NCBI GenBank assembly: GCA_016840165.1
Contig: JAEOSU010000072.1
Span: forward strand, 192,001 to 256,000
Source: Promethearchaeota archaeon
GTDB lineage: Archaea > Asgardarchaeota > Lokiarchaeia > Sigyniarchaeales > SOKP01
Length of the DNA stretch: 64,000 nt
Direction of reading: 5' to 3'
Below are positions 49,613-59,327 of this stretch, one piece after another. The position numbers and the translations under genes were made by a program. The stretch's first letter is position 1, and each line of letters starts with the position of its first letter. The notes below the pieces were generated by a model. It was given only the letters and a program-made list of their open reading frames with translations, was not told where the DNA came from and did no database searches.

Positions 49613-50494
49613 ATGGGAAAATTTGATGGTCAGTATAAAGATATGAAACAAGCCTACAAGGCTTCTTCAAAGATTCTTGAAAAACGAATGCAAAAAGAAA
49701 GACCTTTAGATTTGGAAATTTTAAAGAAAATAGATGAGAGCGCCATCATCATTGTTGCGGGAGTCTATGATAAAATAGAATTGGTTTTAGATCTAATTAA
49801 TATCCCTTATGTGTTGATTCAACCAAGAGATTTTGATAAAATTAATTTAAGACCAGATCAAATTTTAATTATTAATTGTCCTGGTAGTATTACTGAAGGC
49901 CTTACTAAAATTGAGAATTTTGTGAAAAAAGGAGGGTTTCTGTTCACAACAGATTGGGCTTTATTGAACGTCTTGGAGAAAATATTTCCAAATCTTGTGA
50001 AATATAATCAGAGACCCACCGGTGATGATTGTGTAAGAGTGGAAGTGGTAGACAAATCGAATAAATTTCTTGAGGGTCTATTTCAAGGGGAGGCAGATCC
50101 AATTTGGTGGCTAGAGAGTTCTTCATATCCAATAGAGATTCTTGATAAGAAGAAGGTAAAAGTATTAGTAACTAGTAGAGAGATGAAGGAAAAGTATGGT
50201 GAGGCGCCTATTGTCATAACATTTGATTATGGAGATGGTGGAACCGTACTCCACATGACTAGTCACTATTATCTTCAAAGATCTGAATTAAGAACAAAAC
50301 GTCATAAAGCAACAGCAAAGGATTATTTAGTATCTGAAATGGGCTTTTCAAAAAAGGAAGCAGATGAAATCGAAGAACTTGAAGGACTTAGCTTAGGAGA
50401 AGCGGAAAATGCCTATTCTACAACTCAGTTTATCAGTAATGTGATCGTAGAACAGCAAAAAAAAGTTAAAAAACGAAAGGAACAGAAAAAGTAA
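49613..50494 (+). CDS. Hypothetical protein, class I glutamine-amidotransferase-like fold
   Basis: ILIINCPG and FVKKGGFLFTTDW patterns. Confidence 0.6.
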   Translation: MGKFDGQYKDMKQAYKASSKILEKRMQKERPLDLEILKKIDESAIIIVAGVYDKIELVLDLINIPYVLIQPRDFDKINLRPDQILIINCPGSITEGLTKIENFVKKGGFLFTTDWALLNVLEKIFPNLVKYNQRPTGDDCVRVEVVDKSNKFLEGLFQGEADPIWWLESSSYPIEILDKKKVKVLVTSREMKEKYGEAPIVITFDYGDGGTVLHMTSHYYLQRSELRTKRHKATAKDYLVSEMGFSKKEADEIEELEGLSLGEAENAYSTTQFISNVIVEQQKKVKKRKEQKK

Positions 50495-50528
50495 TAAAAG
50501 ATGCAATTTAAACTCTTATTTGTAACCC

Positions 50529-50729
50529 TTAGAGGTCTCTTAAACTTTTTTTTATTTTTTTATAAATATTTTTCAAACCAAGATCATCAAGAAAAGAATC
50601 AAGCTTAGTTTTTGGTTCTGTCATGGTTTCTGTATGATTTTGAGTCTCATTGATTAAATCTGAACCACAATATTCACAGATTTTTTGATCTTTATCAAAA
50701 TAATTTCCATTACAATTAGGGCATTTCAT
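50529..50729 (-). CDS. Small zinc-ribbon protein
   Basis: MKCPNC...CEYCGSDL. Confidence 0.75.
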   Translation of the reverse strand: MKCPNCNGNYFDKDQKICEYCGSDLINETQNHTETMTEPKTKLDSFLDDLGLKNIYKKIKKSLRDL

Positions 50730-50837
50730 TTGAGCGAAATTAATACAGTTTTTTTAATTACAATAATAAATTAAAGATTTAAAAGTTTAAATTTAAAAAA
50801 AGAAAAAAAATATTAATTGCTCTTTTTCGAATTTAAT

Positions 50838-51356
50838 TTAAGTTTCAACTTCAGGCTCAGGCTCAGGCTTAGGTTTTGGCTTAGCTTTAGGCTTAGATTT
50901 TGTTTCCTCGGTAGACCATTTAAATTCTTTAGGGCCTGCGAAAAGAAGTAACGCAGCGGGAATAAGAATTACTGCAGCAGCCCAGAAATACCAGTCAAAT
51001 ATTAATAACACAATACCCCATATTAGCATCCATGGTACGCGAAACGTTCCGAGAACGATTACCCAATCAAGGAGTCCGTCCCAATCTTGCTCAACGCATT
51101 TTGCAGAAAATTTGGGTTTAATGATGAAGAAGCCAATCACTATAACGATGACCCCTGATATAATATCCCAAATCCCAGTAAAACCAAATGGAACTGGATA
51201 AGGAATTAATGGAACGATAAGACTCCATTGTACAGCTGATATGGCATATCTTATCAATGGGTCTATTATTTGTATTATTCCGTTTAAAATGACAATAATC
51301 CAAGCCCATTTCCCAATTTTTGAAACTATCGATGCATGTTTCCAATTTTCACTCAT
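50838..51356 (-). CDS. Membrane protein with a C-terminal KP/EP low-complexity tail
   Basis: Four TM segments; KPKAKPKPKPEPEPE tail encoded by 6-nt repeats; GAGG RBS. Confidence 0.8.
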   Translation of the reverse strand: MSENWKHASIVSKIGKWAWIIVILNGIIQIIDPLIRYAISAVQWSLIVPLIPYPVPFGFTGIWDIISGVIVIVIGFFIIKPKFSAKCVEQDWDGLLDWVIVLGTFRVPWMLIWGIVLLIFDWYFWAAAVILIPAALLLFAGPKEFKWSTEETKSKPKAKPKPKPEPEPEVET

Positions 51357-51521
51357 TATATAATTACCTCAGTCCTTAGTTTATTTGCGAATCATAGAGA
51401 ATTTCACAATAATCTATATGAAATCTTCTTATATTTATTAATTTTTAGGTTTAATTTAAAATTAATTATAATCTCTTAGGCAATGTAGAAAATTAATGGA
51501 AAAAATGAAGACTAAAAGTCA

Positions 51522-52985
51522 TTATTCTTCAGGTGAAAGAATCTCACCGACGTAATATAATCCTACAAGATTCCCTCTTTTTTGGAACTTTCTGGAAACT
51601 AAAAGTATTACAACATGTTCATTTTCATCGAGGTATCCGGTTTCAACACCATATTTAACGGATTGTTCAATTAAACTCTCTGCATCGAGTTGAAAAAAAT
51701 CAATACTCTCAATATGAATAGGTTGTACTCCCCAAATTAATTGTAATTCTCTGGCTGTTCTTTTAAACGGTGTCATAGCAATTATCGGTAAGGGAGGACG
51801 AAATTTAGAGATCATTCTTGCACCATAACCCCTTCTAGTGATAACAAGAATTTTCCCCCGGAAGTTTAATTCTTCCATCTCTTTCGCGAGAGAATGGATA
51901 GCATGTCCTAAGGTCTGAGTGTGAGTTAATCTATCTGAATCATAATCATCAGGGTGACGTATAGGCGCATGTTCACTAGCAGTAGAAGCAATTTTATTCA
52001 TATATTCCACAGAATTGATCGGGTATTTTCCAACAGCTGTTTCAGCTGAAAGCATAACAGAATCTGTTCCATCGATAACAGCATTATAAATATCATTTGC
52101 TTCTGCCCTTGTGGGTACAGGTGTGTTTGTCATAGATTCAAGCATTTGTGTTGCAACTATAACTGGTTTTCCTTCTTTATTGCACTTGTAAATAAGTTCT
52201 TTTTGTCGTATTGGAACCTGATCTGGAGAGATTTCAACTCCTAGATCGCCTCTCGCGATCATTATACCATCAGATACTTCAAGGATTTGATCAAAATTAT
52301 CAAGAGCGATAGGTCTTTCAATTTTAGAAATTAATTTAATATCGTTGTTACCATAATTCTCAAGAAGCTTTTTCACTGTAAGGACATCATCCCCGCTAGA
52401 TACAAATGATATAGCGACATATTCAGGATCCAGATCTGCAATGAATTCCAGATCTTTGATATCTTTTTCCGTAGGTACTTTTTGTTCTAAATCTCCAGAG
52501 GGAATATTCACTCCTTTATTATTACTTATTAATCCTCCGGCGATTACTTCTCCAATAAGATGATCTCTTTCTCTACTTTTCACTTTTATCTTTATTATAC
52601 CATCATTCACATAAAAAAAGTCGCCTTTTTTCATTGATTTCACAAAACCAGGTAATGGGATTGCAAATTTTTTATCATCCCCACCACCTTCTATCTCATG
52701 TTCAAAAACATCAATAGTTTGTCCAACATTCAAAATATAGGCTTGATCATCTCTAAATTTTCCCACTCTTATTTTTGGTCCTTGAATATCAGCTAGTATG
52801 CTTATGTAATCATTAACTTCGCGGATTTTTTCAACTAATTCTCTTTTTTCTTCATGTGTCCCATGAGAGAAATTAAGTCTAAACACATCTGCTCCAGTAT
52901 CAATTAGTTTTTTAAGGACTGATTTTGAATCTGAAGCGGGGCCTAAAGTAGCAATAATCTTAATTGGATTTTCACGAATTGTCAT
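51522..52985 (-). CDS. pyk: Pyruvate kinase
   Basis: IIATLGPAS, RLNFSHG, DIQGPKIR, MIARGDLGVE, ATQMLESM, PTRAE. Confidence 0.97.
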   Translation of the reverse strand: MTIRENPIKIIATLGPASDSKSVLKKLIDTGADVFRLNFSHGTHEEKRELVEKIREVNDYISILADIQGPKIRVGKFRDDQAYILNVGQTIDVFEHEIEGGGDDKKFAIPLPGFVKSMKKGDFFYVNDGIIKIKVKSRERDHLIGEVIAGGLISNNKGVNIPSGDLEQKVPTEKDIKDLEFIADLDPEYVAISFVSSGDDVLTVKKLLENYGNNDIKLISKIERPIALDNFDQILEVSDGIMIARGDLGVEISPDQVPIRQKELIYKCNKEGKPVIVATQMLESMTNTPVPTRAEANDIYNAVIDGTDSVMLSAETAVGKYPINSVEYMNKIASTASEHAPIRHPDDYDSDRLTHTQTLGHAIHSLAKEMEELNFRGKILVITRRGYGARMISKFRPPLPIIAMTPFKRTARELQLIWGVQPIHIESIDFFQLDAESLIEQSVKYGVETGYLDENEHVVILLVSRKFQKRGNLVGLYYVGEILSPEE

Positions 52986-53098
52986 TCACATCTTTTCTTT
53001 AATTTCTTTTAATTTATGCTTAAAAGTATTATTGATAATTTTATTAAGAAGTTCATTTTTTTTCATTTCTTTCTATGGTATTAATTATACTTCTTATA

Positions 53099-53539
53099 TT
53101 AATTTATGATATTGTTTAATTTCATAAGGAAATTAGTTCTTAGTTTGTTTAGTTTATTCTTTAATTCATCTATGTCCATAAATTCTTCCAGTTCTCTTAA
53201 AAAAGCTAAACTAACGCGAAAGTGTTCTGGATGGAATGGAAACTGAATTAGCTGTATATGTTCTTTATCTGAAATTAATTTTCTGGCAATTTTTGCTAAT
53301 AAATCTGAACTCTGAACAGCTACTACAAGCGCAAGATAATATTTCTTTACTTTATGTTTATCTTTGAGCTTAGTGATAATAAGATAAAAATTTCGATAAT
53401 CTTCTTTTAGTTGGAATATTTTTTCAATTTTCTGGACTCTTAGTTTACCATCACTTCTTTCTGATATTGGAGGATATTTATTTTTTAATTTAGTTGCTTT
53501 AGCAAGTAAATCACGCTTAATTTTTTCTTTTAATTCCAT
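53099..53539 (-). CDS. Hypothetical protein
   Basis: 146-aa ORF co-oriented between aor and pyk. Confidence 0.65.
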   Translation of the reverse strand: MELKEKIKRDLLAKATKLKNKYPPISERSDGKLRVQKIEKIFQLKEDYRNFYLIITKLKDKHKVKKYYLALVVAVQSSDLLAKIARKLISDKEHIQLIQFPFHPEHFRVSLAFLRELEEFMDIDELKNKLNKLRTNFLMKLNNIIN

Positions 53540-53571
53540 ATTTTTAATCCTTATTATCGATTGTATATAAA

Positions 53572-55545
53572 TTATATTAATTCATATAAATCGTTGATCA
53601 CATAATCCAAGTCAAGATTGCTTAAAGTTTTTATCAATGGATATCCATTTTCAGGATTCCATCCAATTTCTTGACAAAAAAGCTCATAAAATTTTTTATA
53701 TTCGATGGTGACCCCTTTATTTGGACCTTTCGTATCTGGTGGATCACCAATTATCCTTCCACTCAATTCATTTGTATGTATTTTAACCCCTTCTCTAATA
53801 TTGAAGGCTTGCCTAAGGGTTTGGATCCTTATTCCAGTTGTTATAAGTTCTTCAATACTCACATTCCACCCTGTTAATGAATTGATTAAACCTAAAAGAG
53901 GATAATTACCAAATTGAGAAGAGAATAAACACAATCCTAAACAGCTAATTACCTGATGAATAGCGGTTACTTTTCTTTGGGCTTTTTGTTTCCTTTTAGC
54001 ACTCCATTTCCACCCAAAAGGAAATTTTAATTCCTTGATAAAGGTATTCATATTACCAATATCAAAAAAATCAATACTTGCCGTGGTATGGCGTCCCGGT
54101 GTAGGATCATAGGCATATGAGAAGGCTAATGATTCTATTACTCTAGGATTATGCATTGGAATTTCAGAACCTAAAGAAGTAATTGCATACTTCTCGCTTC
54201 CATTTCCTATTTTTTCAGATGCTATTTTACATCCATCAGCTAATAAATCACCAAACCCTTCCCTATTAATTATTTTTTTTGTTAAAGAAACGATAGCATC
54301 TGCATTACCCCATGTTAATTCTAATCCATCAGTATCCTTTTTCGTTAATATCCCATTTTCATAACATTCAATGGCAAATCCTATTGTTACACCGGTAGAA
54401 ATTGTATCTATGGCTGCGCGATTACAAAGATCATTAATTTTTATAATTGACAATAAATCATCATTGAGTAGAAATGGACCAAATGCTGCACAGGTTTCAT
54501 ATTCTGGTTGGTGTGTCTCTTCAATACCTAACTCAGGAACTTTCAATATCGCTCCACATTGAATAGGACAGCTAAAACATCCATAATCTCTTACTTTATA
54601 TGTTATAATATTTGTTGATGAGAGTTTGATAGACTTTTCAAATGGAAAATCGTACATCCCAATACCTTTCCAATTTTTTATCGGAGTATCTCCATTTTCT
54701 GCAGAAATTGTATTCCCAGCAATAGTTCCAAGATGTCTATAAACCGATCTAATAATATTACTGGGTCCAGACATCCCAATATTGAGTTTTCTTAACATTT
54801 TTGCCATATTAGGGAGTTGATAAAGAATATATTTCATGGTTAGACCTGGATCTTTTGGTACGGCATTTTTATTGTACTTTTTTACATGTCCCATAAATTT
54901 TGATTTATCAGATATGTTAACTTTTCTATTACCATCTAAAATTAGAGACTTAAGTTTTTTAGACCCCATTATTGCACCTAAACCTGCCCTTGCGGCGATT
55001 CGACCATGATCATTGGTAATGCCAGATATTTTAGATAAATTTTCACCGGCTTTTCCGATTGAGGCGATTCGAACACTTGTTCCGAACTTTTCTTTTAATA
55101 ACTTTTCTGTTAATACAATATCCTTACCCCAATAATCAGTACCATCCAGAATTTGCCTTTCGGATTGTTTAATTAAGATAATTTTAGGTGAGTTCGACTT
55201 TCCCTCAATTAAAATTCCGTCATAACCACATTTTTTGATTGCAGGTCCAAAAGTTCCTCCTGCATTAGCATCTCCCCATGTATTGGTTAGTGGAGATTTA
55301 CCTACTACCATAAACCTTCCCGTGAGAGGCGCTGCAGTACCAGTTAAGAGTCCAGGAAAAAATCCTAATATTGAATCCTCTTCGAATGGAGATGTATGAA
55401 CAGGCATGTTTCTATAAATTAATTCACAACCTAAACCATAACCTCCAAGATAGGATCTATAGCTTGTTTCTGGAATATTTTGCTCTCGAAAGGTTTCCGT
55501 TGATAAATCAACCCATAAAACCTTCCCAAAAAACCCTTTATTCAT
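53572..55545 (-). CDS. aor: Tungsten-containing aldehyde:ferredoxin oxidoreductase family protein
   Basis: KSPLT, ARAGLGAIMGSKKLK, CFSCPIQC, PEYET, DTIS, LGLCLF. Confidence 0.92.
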   Translation of the reverse strand: MNKGFFGKVLWVDLSTETFREQNIPETSYRSYLGGYGLGCELIYRNMPVHTSPFEEDSILGFFPGLLTGTAAPLTGRFMVVGKSPLTNTWGDANAGGTFGPAIKKCGYDGILIEGKSNSPKIILIKQSERQILDGTDYWGKDIVLTEKLLKEKFGTSVRIASIGKAGENLSKISGITNDHGRIAARAGLGAIMGSKKLKSLILDGNRKVNISDKSKFMGHVKKYNKNAVPKDPGLTMKYILYQLPNMAKMLRKLNIGMSGPSNIIRSVYRHLGTIAGNTISAENGDTPIKNWKGIGMYDFPFEKSIKLSSTNIITYKVRDYGCFSCPIQCGAILKVPELGIEETHQPEYETCAAFGPFLLNDDLLSIIKINDLCNRAAIDTISTGVTIGFAIECYENGILTKKDTDGLELTWGNADAIVSLTKKIINREGFGDLLADGCKIASEKIGNGSEKYAITSLGSEIPMHNPRVIESLAFSYAYDPTPGRHTTASIDFFDIGNMNTFIKELKFPFGWKWSAKRKQKAQRKVTAIHQVISCLGLCLFSSQFGNYPLLGLINSLTGWNVSIEELITTGIRIQTLRQAFNIREGVKIHTNELSGRIIGDPPDTKGPNKGVTIEYKKFYELFCQEIGWNPENGYPLIKTLSNLDLDYVINDLYELI

Positions 55546-55703
55546 TTAGTTAAGAGAAAAATTGCTTTTTAATTTGTTAATATCTAATTTATATGATGAA
55601 AGATAAATCTAAATCTTATTTAAATTACATCAGAAAAATACAAAAAAAATCAATAAAACGTATTATACTCATTAAGGGAGAACAGTTTCTACCTTCTTAT
55701 CGG

Positions 55704-55736
55704 GATAAAGCGAAACATATAAATATGTCGTTTATC
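55704..55736 (+). promoter_or_regulatory. TATA box embedded in an imperfect inverted repeat
   Basis: GATAAAGCGAAACATATAAATATGTCGTTTATC, with ATATAAATA at the centre. Confidence 0.45.
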
Positions 55737-55744
55737 AGTAATAT

Positions 55745-55886
55745 ATTGATCGCGAAAAGTACGGAATGAATCACGTAAATACTGTTTTCTTATAGTATCT
55801 CAATGAGTTAAGGGAGATCTACATAGCGTTAAGCAAGTGCCGATTGATAGATTATCAATCATAAGTTTTAAAATTTTTATAGGAGG
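55745..55886 (+). promoter_or_regulatory. Candidate structured 5' leader (riboswitch-like) or sRNA
   Basis: Mutually exclusive pairings 55745-55752/55841-55848 versus hairpin 55842-55860; internal hairpins; AGGAGG at 55881-55886. Confidence 0.4.
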
Positions 55887-55892
55887 AAAATT

Positions 55893-56102
55893 ATGGAAAT
55901 ACTGTCAAAGATAAAAAAGGAAGAGAAAGATATTACTATGTTTATTGATTGGGATAAATATAAAAATAGATTCTATAATAACTTATATTTGGAAGATTTT
56001 AAGTTTGTAATCAAGATGCCTTTAATTGAAAATGAAGATTTAGATATAAAAATTAAAAAATTTGATTTGACAGAATATACTTATTTAATTTCTTATGATT
56101 AA
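55893..56102 (+). CDS. Small hypothetical protein (69 aa)
   Basis: Strong AGGAGG RBS 6 nt before the ATG. Confidence 0.6.
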   Translation: MEILSKIKKEEKDITMFIDWDKYKNRFYNNLYLEDFKFVIKMPLIENEDLDIKIKKFDLTEYTYLISYD

Positions 56103-56110
56103 TTGAATAT

Positions 56111-56239
56111 TTATTGTATTAAATTTCTACTTCTTAGATCCTCATTCCAACACGCAAAACACATATATTCATGTTCGTTTAATTTTACCAGATCTTTTAT
56201 AGAGCGGATCATTCCACATTTCTTGCATTTTTTCTTCAT
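56111..56239 (-). CDS. 42-aa zinc-finger microprotein missing from the ORF track (MKKKCKKCGMIRSIKDLVKLNEHEYMCFACWNEDLRSRNLIQ)
   Basis: CKKC and CFAC pairs; AGAGG RBS upstream; directly downstream of the MBL hydrolase. Confidence 0.7.
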   Translation of the reverse strand: MKKKCKKCGMIRSIKDLVKLNEHEYMCFACWNEDLRSRNLIQ

Positions 56240-56274
56240 ATAATATTTAATCCTCTTCTATCAACTTTAATTAT

Positions 56275-57684
56275 TTAGTTTAATTGGATTTTTCTGTATT
56301 TCTCTGGAATCAAGACTTTTATTTCTGAATTTTCCAATAAGCTTTCAAAAAAATGTGGATATTCTGTGTGGATTGGAATCAGTGTAGTTGGATTTACGTT
56401 GATTATGAACTTATATAAATCATGAGGCATAATATGTCCAGAAGCATGTATTTGATAAGAAGGAATGCCTAATTGCATCAATTTTCGACTAATTGAATGA
56501 TTATCGTCAACATATTCTTCCGTATAAGGATCTAAATATGAGGAAATAAATACGCCTTTAAATTTTTTGTTTAGTTTTTCAATTAATTTTATGGGTAATC
56601 GAGTTAAATATAATAGGAATTTTTTATTCAAATTACTAATATCTTTAGTTTTAAGAAGTCTATTTCCCTTTCCTTCTTTATAGAGTTTGGTCCGAATAGT
56701 CTCTTGCCATTTAAACCTTACATCACCATTGGTAATGATTAGAATATGATCGTCATTTAATATGTTCGGATGACGCATTGATTCGTATATTTTGTCTTTA
56801 TTCATTAAATAGTAAAAGTAGGCATCTTTTTCTGAAATTATATAGTTAAAATCATTCATTTTTGCTATAACCGAATATGTTCTAAATCGATCCCAGTTTA
56901 ACCGGTCGTATTTTACCAATGCATAATCATAGGGCATTTGTTTAAAAAGCTGCTTCAGATTCCGTTTTACTTTTTTTTCGGACTCAAAATGACCTTGATT
57001 GACATGAGTGCCCTCACAAATTAAGGTATTCACTTTATATTCCTTAATTTTTTTCACAAAATCATAAGACATCCATGATAATGGTCCATGCATTCGAAAA
57101 TCACCAGTATATACACAATTTCCTGCTGATGTTTTTATTATAAAACCATAAGATGCGGGTATCGAATGATCAACATGACATGGGATTATCTCCAATCCAT
57201 TTATATGAATAATATCGCCTGTTCGAAACAATTTCCATTTAATACCTTCAAAATTGTTGATAATTGAACGTTTAGTACATTTATAGTATGCTGAAATGAT
57301 TTTTTGAGTGAATTCTCCTGCATAAACCGGAATATTTCGGTTAATGAAGGACAATGCTAAAAAATGATCTCTATGTGGATGGGAGATTATGATTGCATCT
57401 AGTTTTGAGGATGCGTTTGAAGGGTTGTATTTAATTTTCACTGACTCTCTTTGATATAAATTTAAAAATCCTATTTCTGCTTCATCTGGTAGTAATCCTA
57501 ACCGTATAAGCTCTTCCACAGATTTGGGAAACTGGAGGTATTCATAATGATTGTTATAAGATTTTATGTTAATACCAAAATCGATGAATAACTTAACGTT
57601 ATGGATGTGATCTTCTAATAAAAGCGCGTTTCCCCCAACTTCATTTATGCCCCCACAAAAAGTCAAATCAACTTTAGATTCCAA
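56275..57684 (-). CDS. MBL-fold beta-CASP hydrolase, RNase J-like
   Basis: GGINEVGGN, SHPHRDH, VDHSIP, YTGDFR, HASGH, PIHTE; TTG start. Confidence 0.88.
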   Translation of the reverse strand: MESKVDLTFCGGINEVGGNALLLEDHIHNVKLFIDFGINIKSYNNHYEYLQFPKSVEELIRLGLLPDEAEIGFLNLYQRESVKIKYNPSNASSKLDAIIISHPHRDHFLALSFINRNIPVYAGEFTQKIISAYYKCTKRSIINNFEGIKWKLFRTGDIIHINGLEIIPCHVDHSIPASYGFIIKTSAGNCVYTGDFRMHGPLSWMSYDFVKKIKEYKVNTLICEGTHVNQGHFESEKKVKRNLKQLFKQMPYDYALVKYDRLNWDRFRTYSVIAKMNDFNYIISEKDAYFYYLMNKDKIYESMRHPNILNDDHILIITNGDVRFKWQETIRTKLYKEGKGNRLLKTKDISNLNKKFLLYLTRLPIKLIEKLNKKFKGVFISSYLDPYTEEYVDDNHSISRKLMQLGIPSYQIHASGHIMPHDLYKFIINVNPTTLIPIHTEYPHFFESLLENSEIKVLIPEKYRKIQLN

Positions 57685-58309
57685 TCGAGATCTTCTTTTA
57701 AGGTGGAATTTTTACACTTTATGTCTTTACAATAAGAGAATATGCTTAACTTATAAAAATTTAAGCAAATTGATTATGGGAATGTTTTTTTCTAATTGAA
57801 ATACTTGCTTTTATCGGCCAATATAGAGAATATTATTATAAATTAATGCCAATTTTTTATAATAATTAAATAGTAAAAACTTATATGAGAATACAACAAT
57901 AAAACCTATTTAAAAGGAAAAGGTGAAAGGCTCCGTAATCTGAGCTAATTTTTTTAAGGGATAGAGAGAATTATACGCTATTCTAAGCGCATAATAGAGG
58001 GCGAAATCCAATGTTAAGCTCAAATTTTGGAATCCTTCAGTGTTACTAAATATACTATTTTTAAGCTATTTAATAATTATAGGGTCCAATTTTAATTTGT
58101 AGCACTAGTACGGAAATGTAAAAATTTACCGACAAAATTCATCTTAAAAGACAAATAGAGTTCCCGATGATAACATTTATTTCTAGTTATCAATTATAAA
58201 TAGAGTTCGAGAAATTATTATCATTTTAAGGTGTAGTAATTTATTTTCTCAATAAAATATAAAACGAACTTACATAATCGGTCTTTTAGATTATATTATA
58301 GGGATTGAA

Positions 58310-58906
58310 ATGTATGAAAAAGAAATGGTTATGAATGGATATAATGTAATTGCGAATGATTATTATACTCACAGAGATTTGAATAAATTTAATGGAGAAC
58401 TGGAGAATTTTTCGAATCTGATTCCTGAAGGAGGCAGAGTTCTAGATGTTGGATGCGGTGCGGGAATACCAACTGCTAGATATTTGGTAAAAAAAGGTTT
58501 AAAAGTAACCGGTATTGATATTTCAGAGAAAATGCTTCAAATGGCACGAAAGAACGTCCCTGAGGCCGACTTTTTCAAGAAAGATATGATGCTGCTTGAT
58601 TTCGATGATAATAAATTCGATGGTATTATTTCTGTATATGCTCTCTTTCATGTTCCTAAGCAAGAACAATTTAAAATATTTCAAAATTTTTATCGGATCT
58701 TAAAACCCGCAGGAATTCTATTGATTAATACTGGAATCTCGGAATCTGAAGGAGTGAGTAGTTTTTTTGGCGTTCCGATGTTCTGGAGTAATAATAAACC
58801 TGAGAAGACCTTAGAATCTATTAAAAAGTCTGGTTTTTCAATCATTTTCGATGGAGTACTCCAAAGAGGGGGAGAGTTTCAATACTGGATAATCGCTAAA
58901 AAATAA
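58310..58906 (+). CDS. Class I SAM-dependent methyltransferase
   Basis: VLDVGCGAG, TGIDIS, LKPAG. Confidence 0.92.
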   Translation: MYEKEMVMNGYNVIANDYYTHRDLNKFNGELENFSNLIPEGGRVLDVGCGAGIPTARYLVKKGLKVTGIDISEKMLQMARKNVPEADFFKKDMMLLDFDDNKFDGIISVYALFHVPKQEQFKIFQNFYRILKPAGILLINTGISESEGVSSFFGVPMFWSNNKPEKTLESIKKSGFSIIFDGVLQRGGEFQYWIIAKK

Positions 58907-59327
58907 AATAATATTTGTTCTTTTCAATTATCTTAAAAAAAATTTAAAATAAGTTTGATAGTTTAGTTCCTAAAGCCTTAGTAAAAGTTTGAAATTTAAA
59001 AAAAAGATTTGATTAAGATTTCTAATCTCTGAAACCATAATAGATATTTATTAGTAAAAGTAATACTCTTCTTATAGAAATACTAATGATTCCAAAAGAA
59101 AGTATTGGATCTTGACCAATTGTGAAGAGAAACAACGCAATCATTATTGCTATGAAAACTAGTATTGAGAAGAGACTTTTTTGTATTGAGAAGAGTCATT
59201 TTCATTTTTTTATGATTTTATTTGGATAAAAAATAATAAGAAAATAATAACTGATATATTTATTCTTATTCCTAAATTGTTGAAGAACTATCTTTATTAT
59301 ATATAGTATATATTTAATATGTGTTTT

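Noticed and set aside
50852-50894. Hexamer tandem repeats as a CRISPR or contingency locus
   Set aside because: In-frame 6-nt units that simply encode the KP/EP tail
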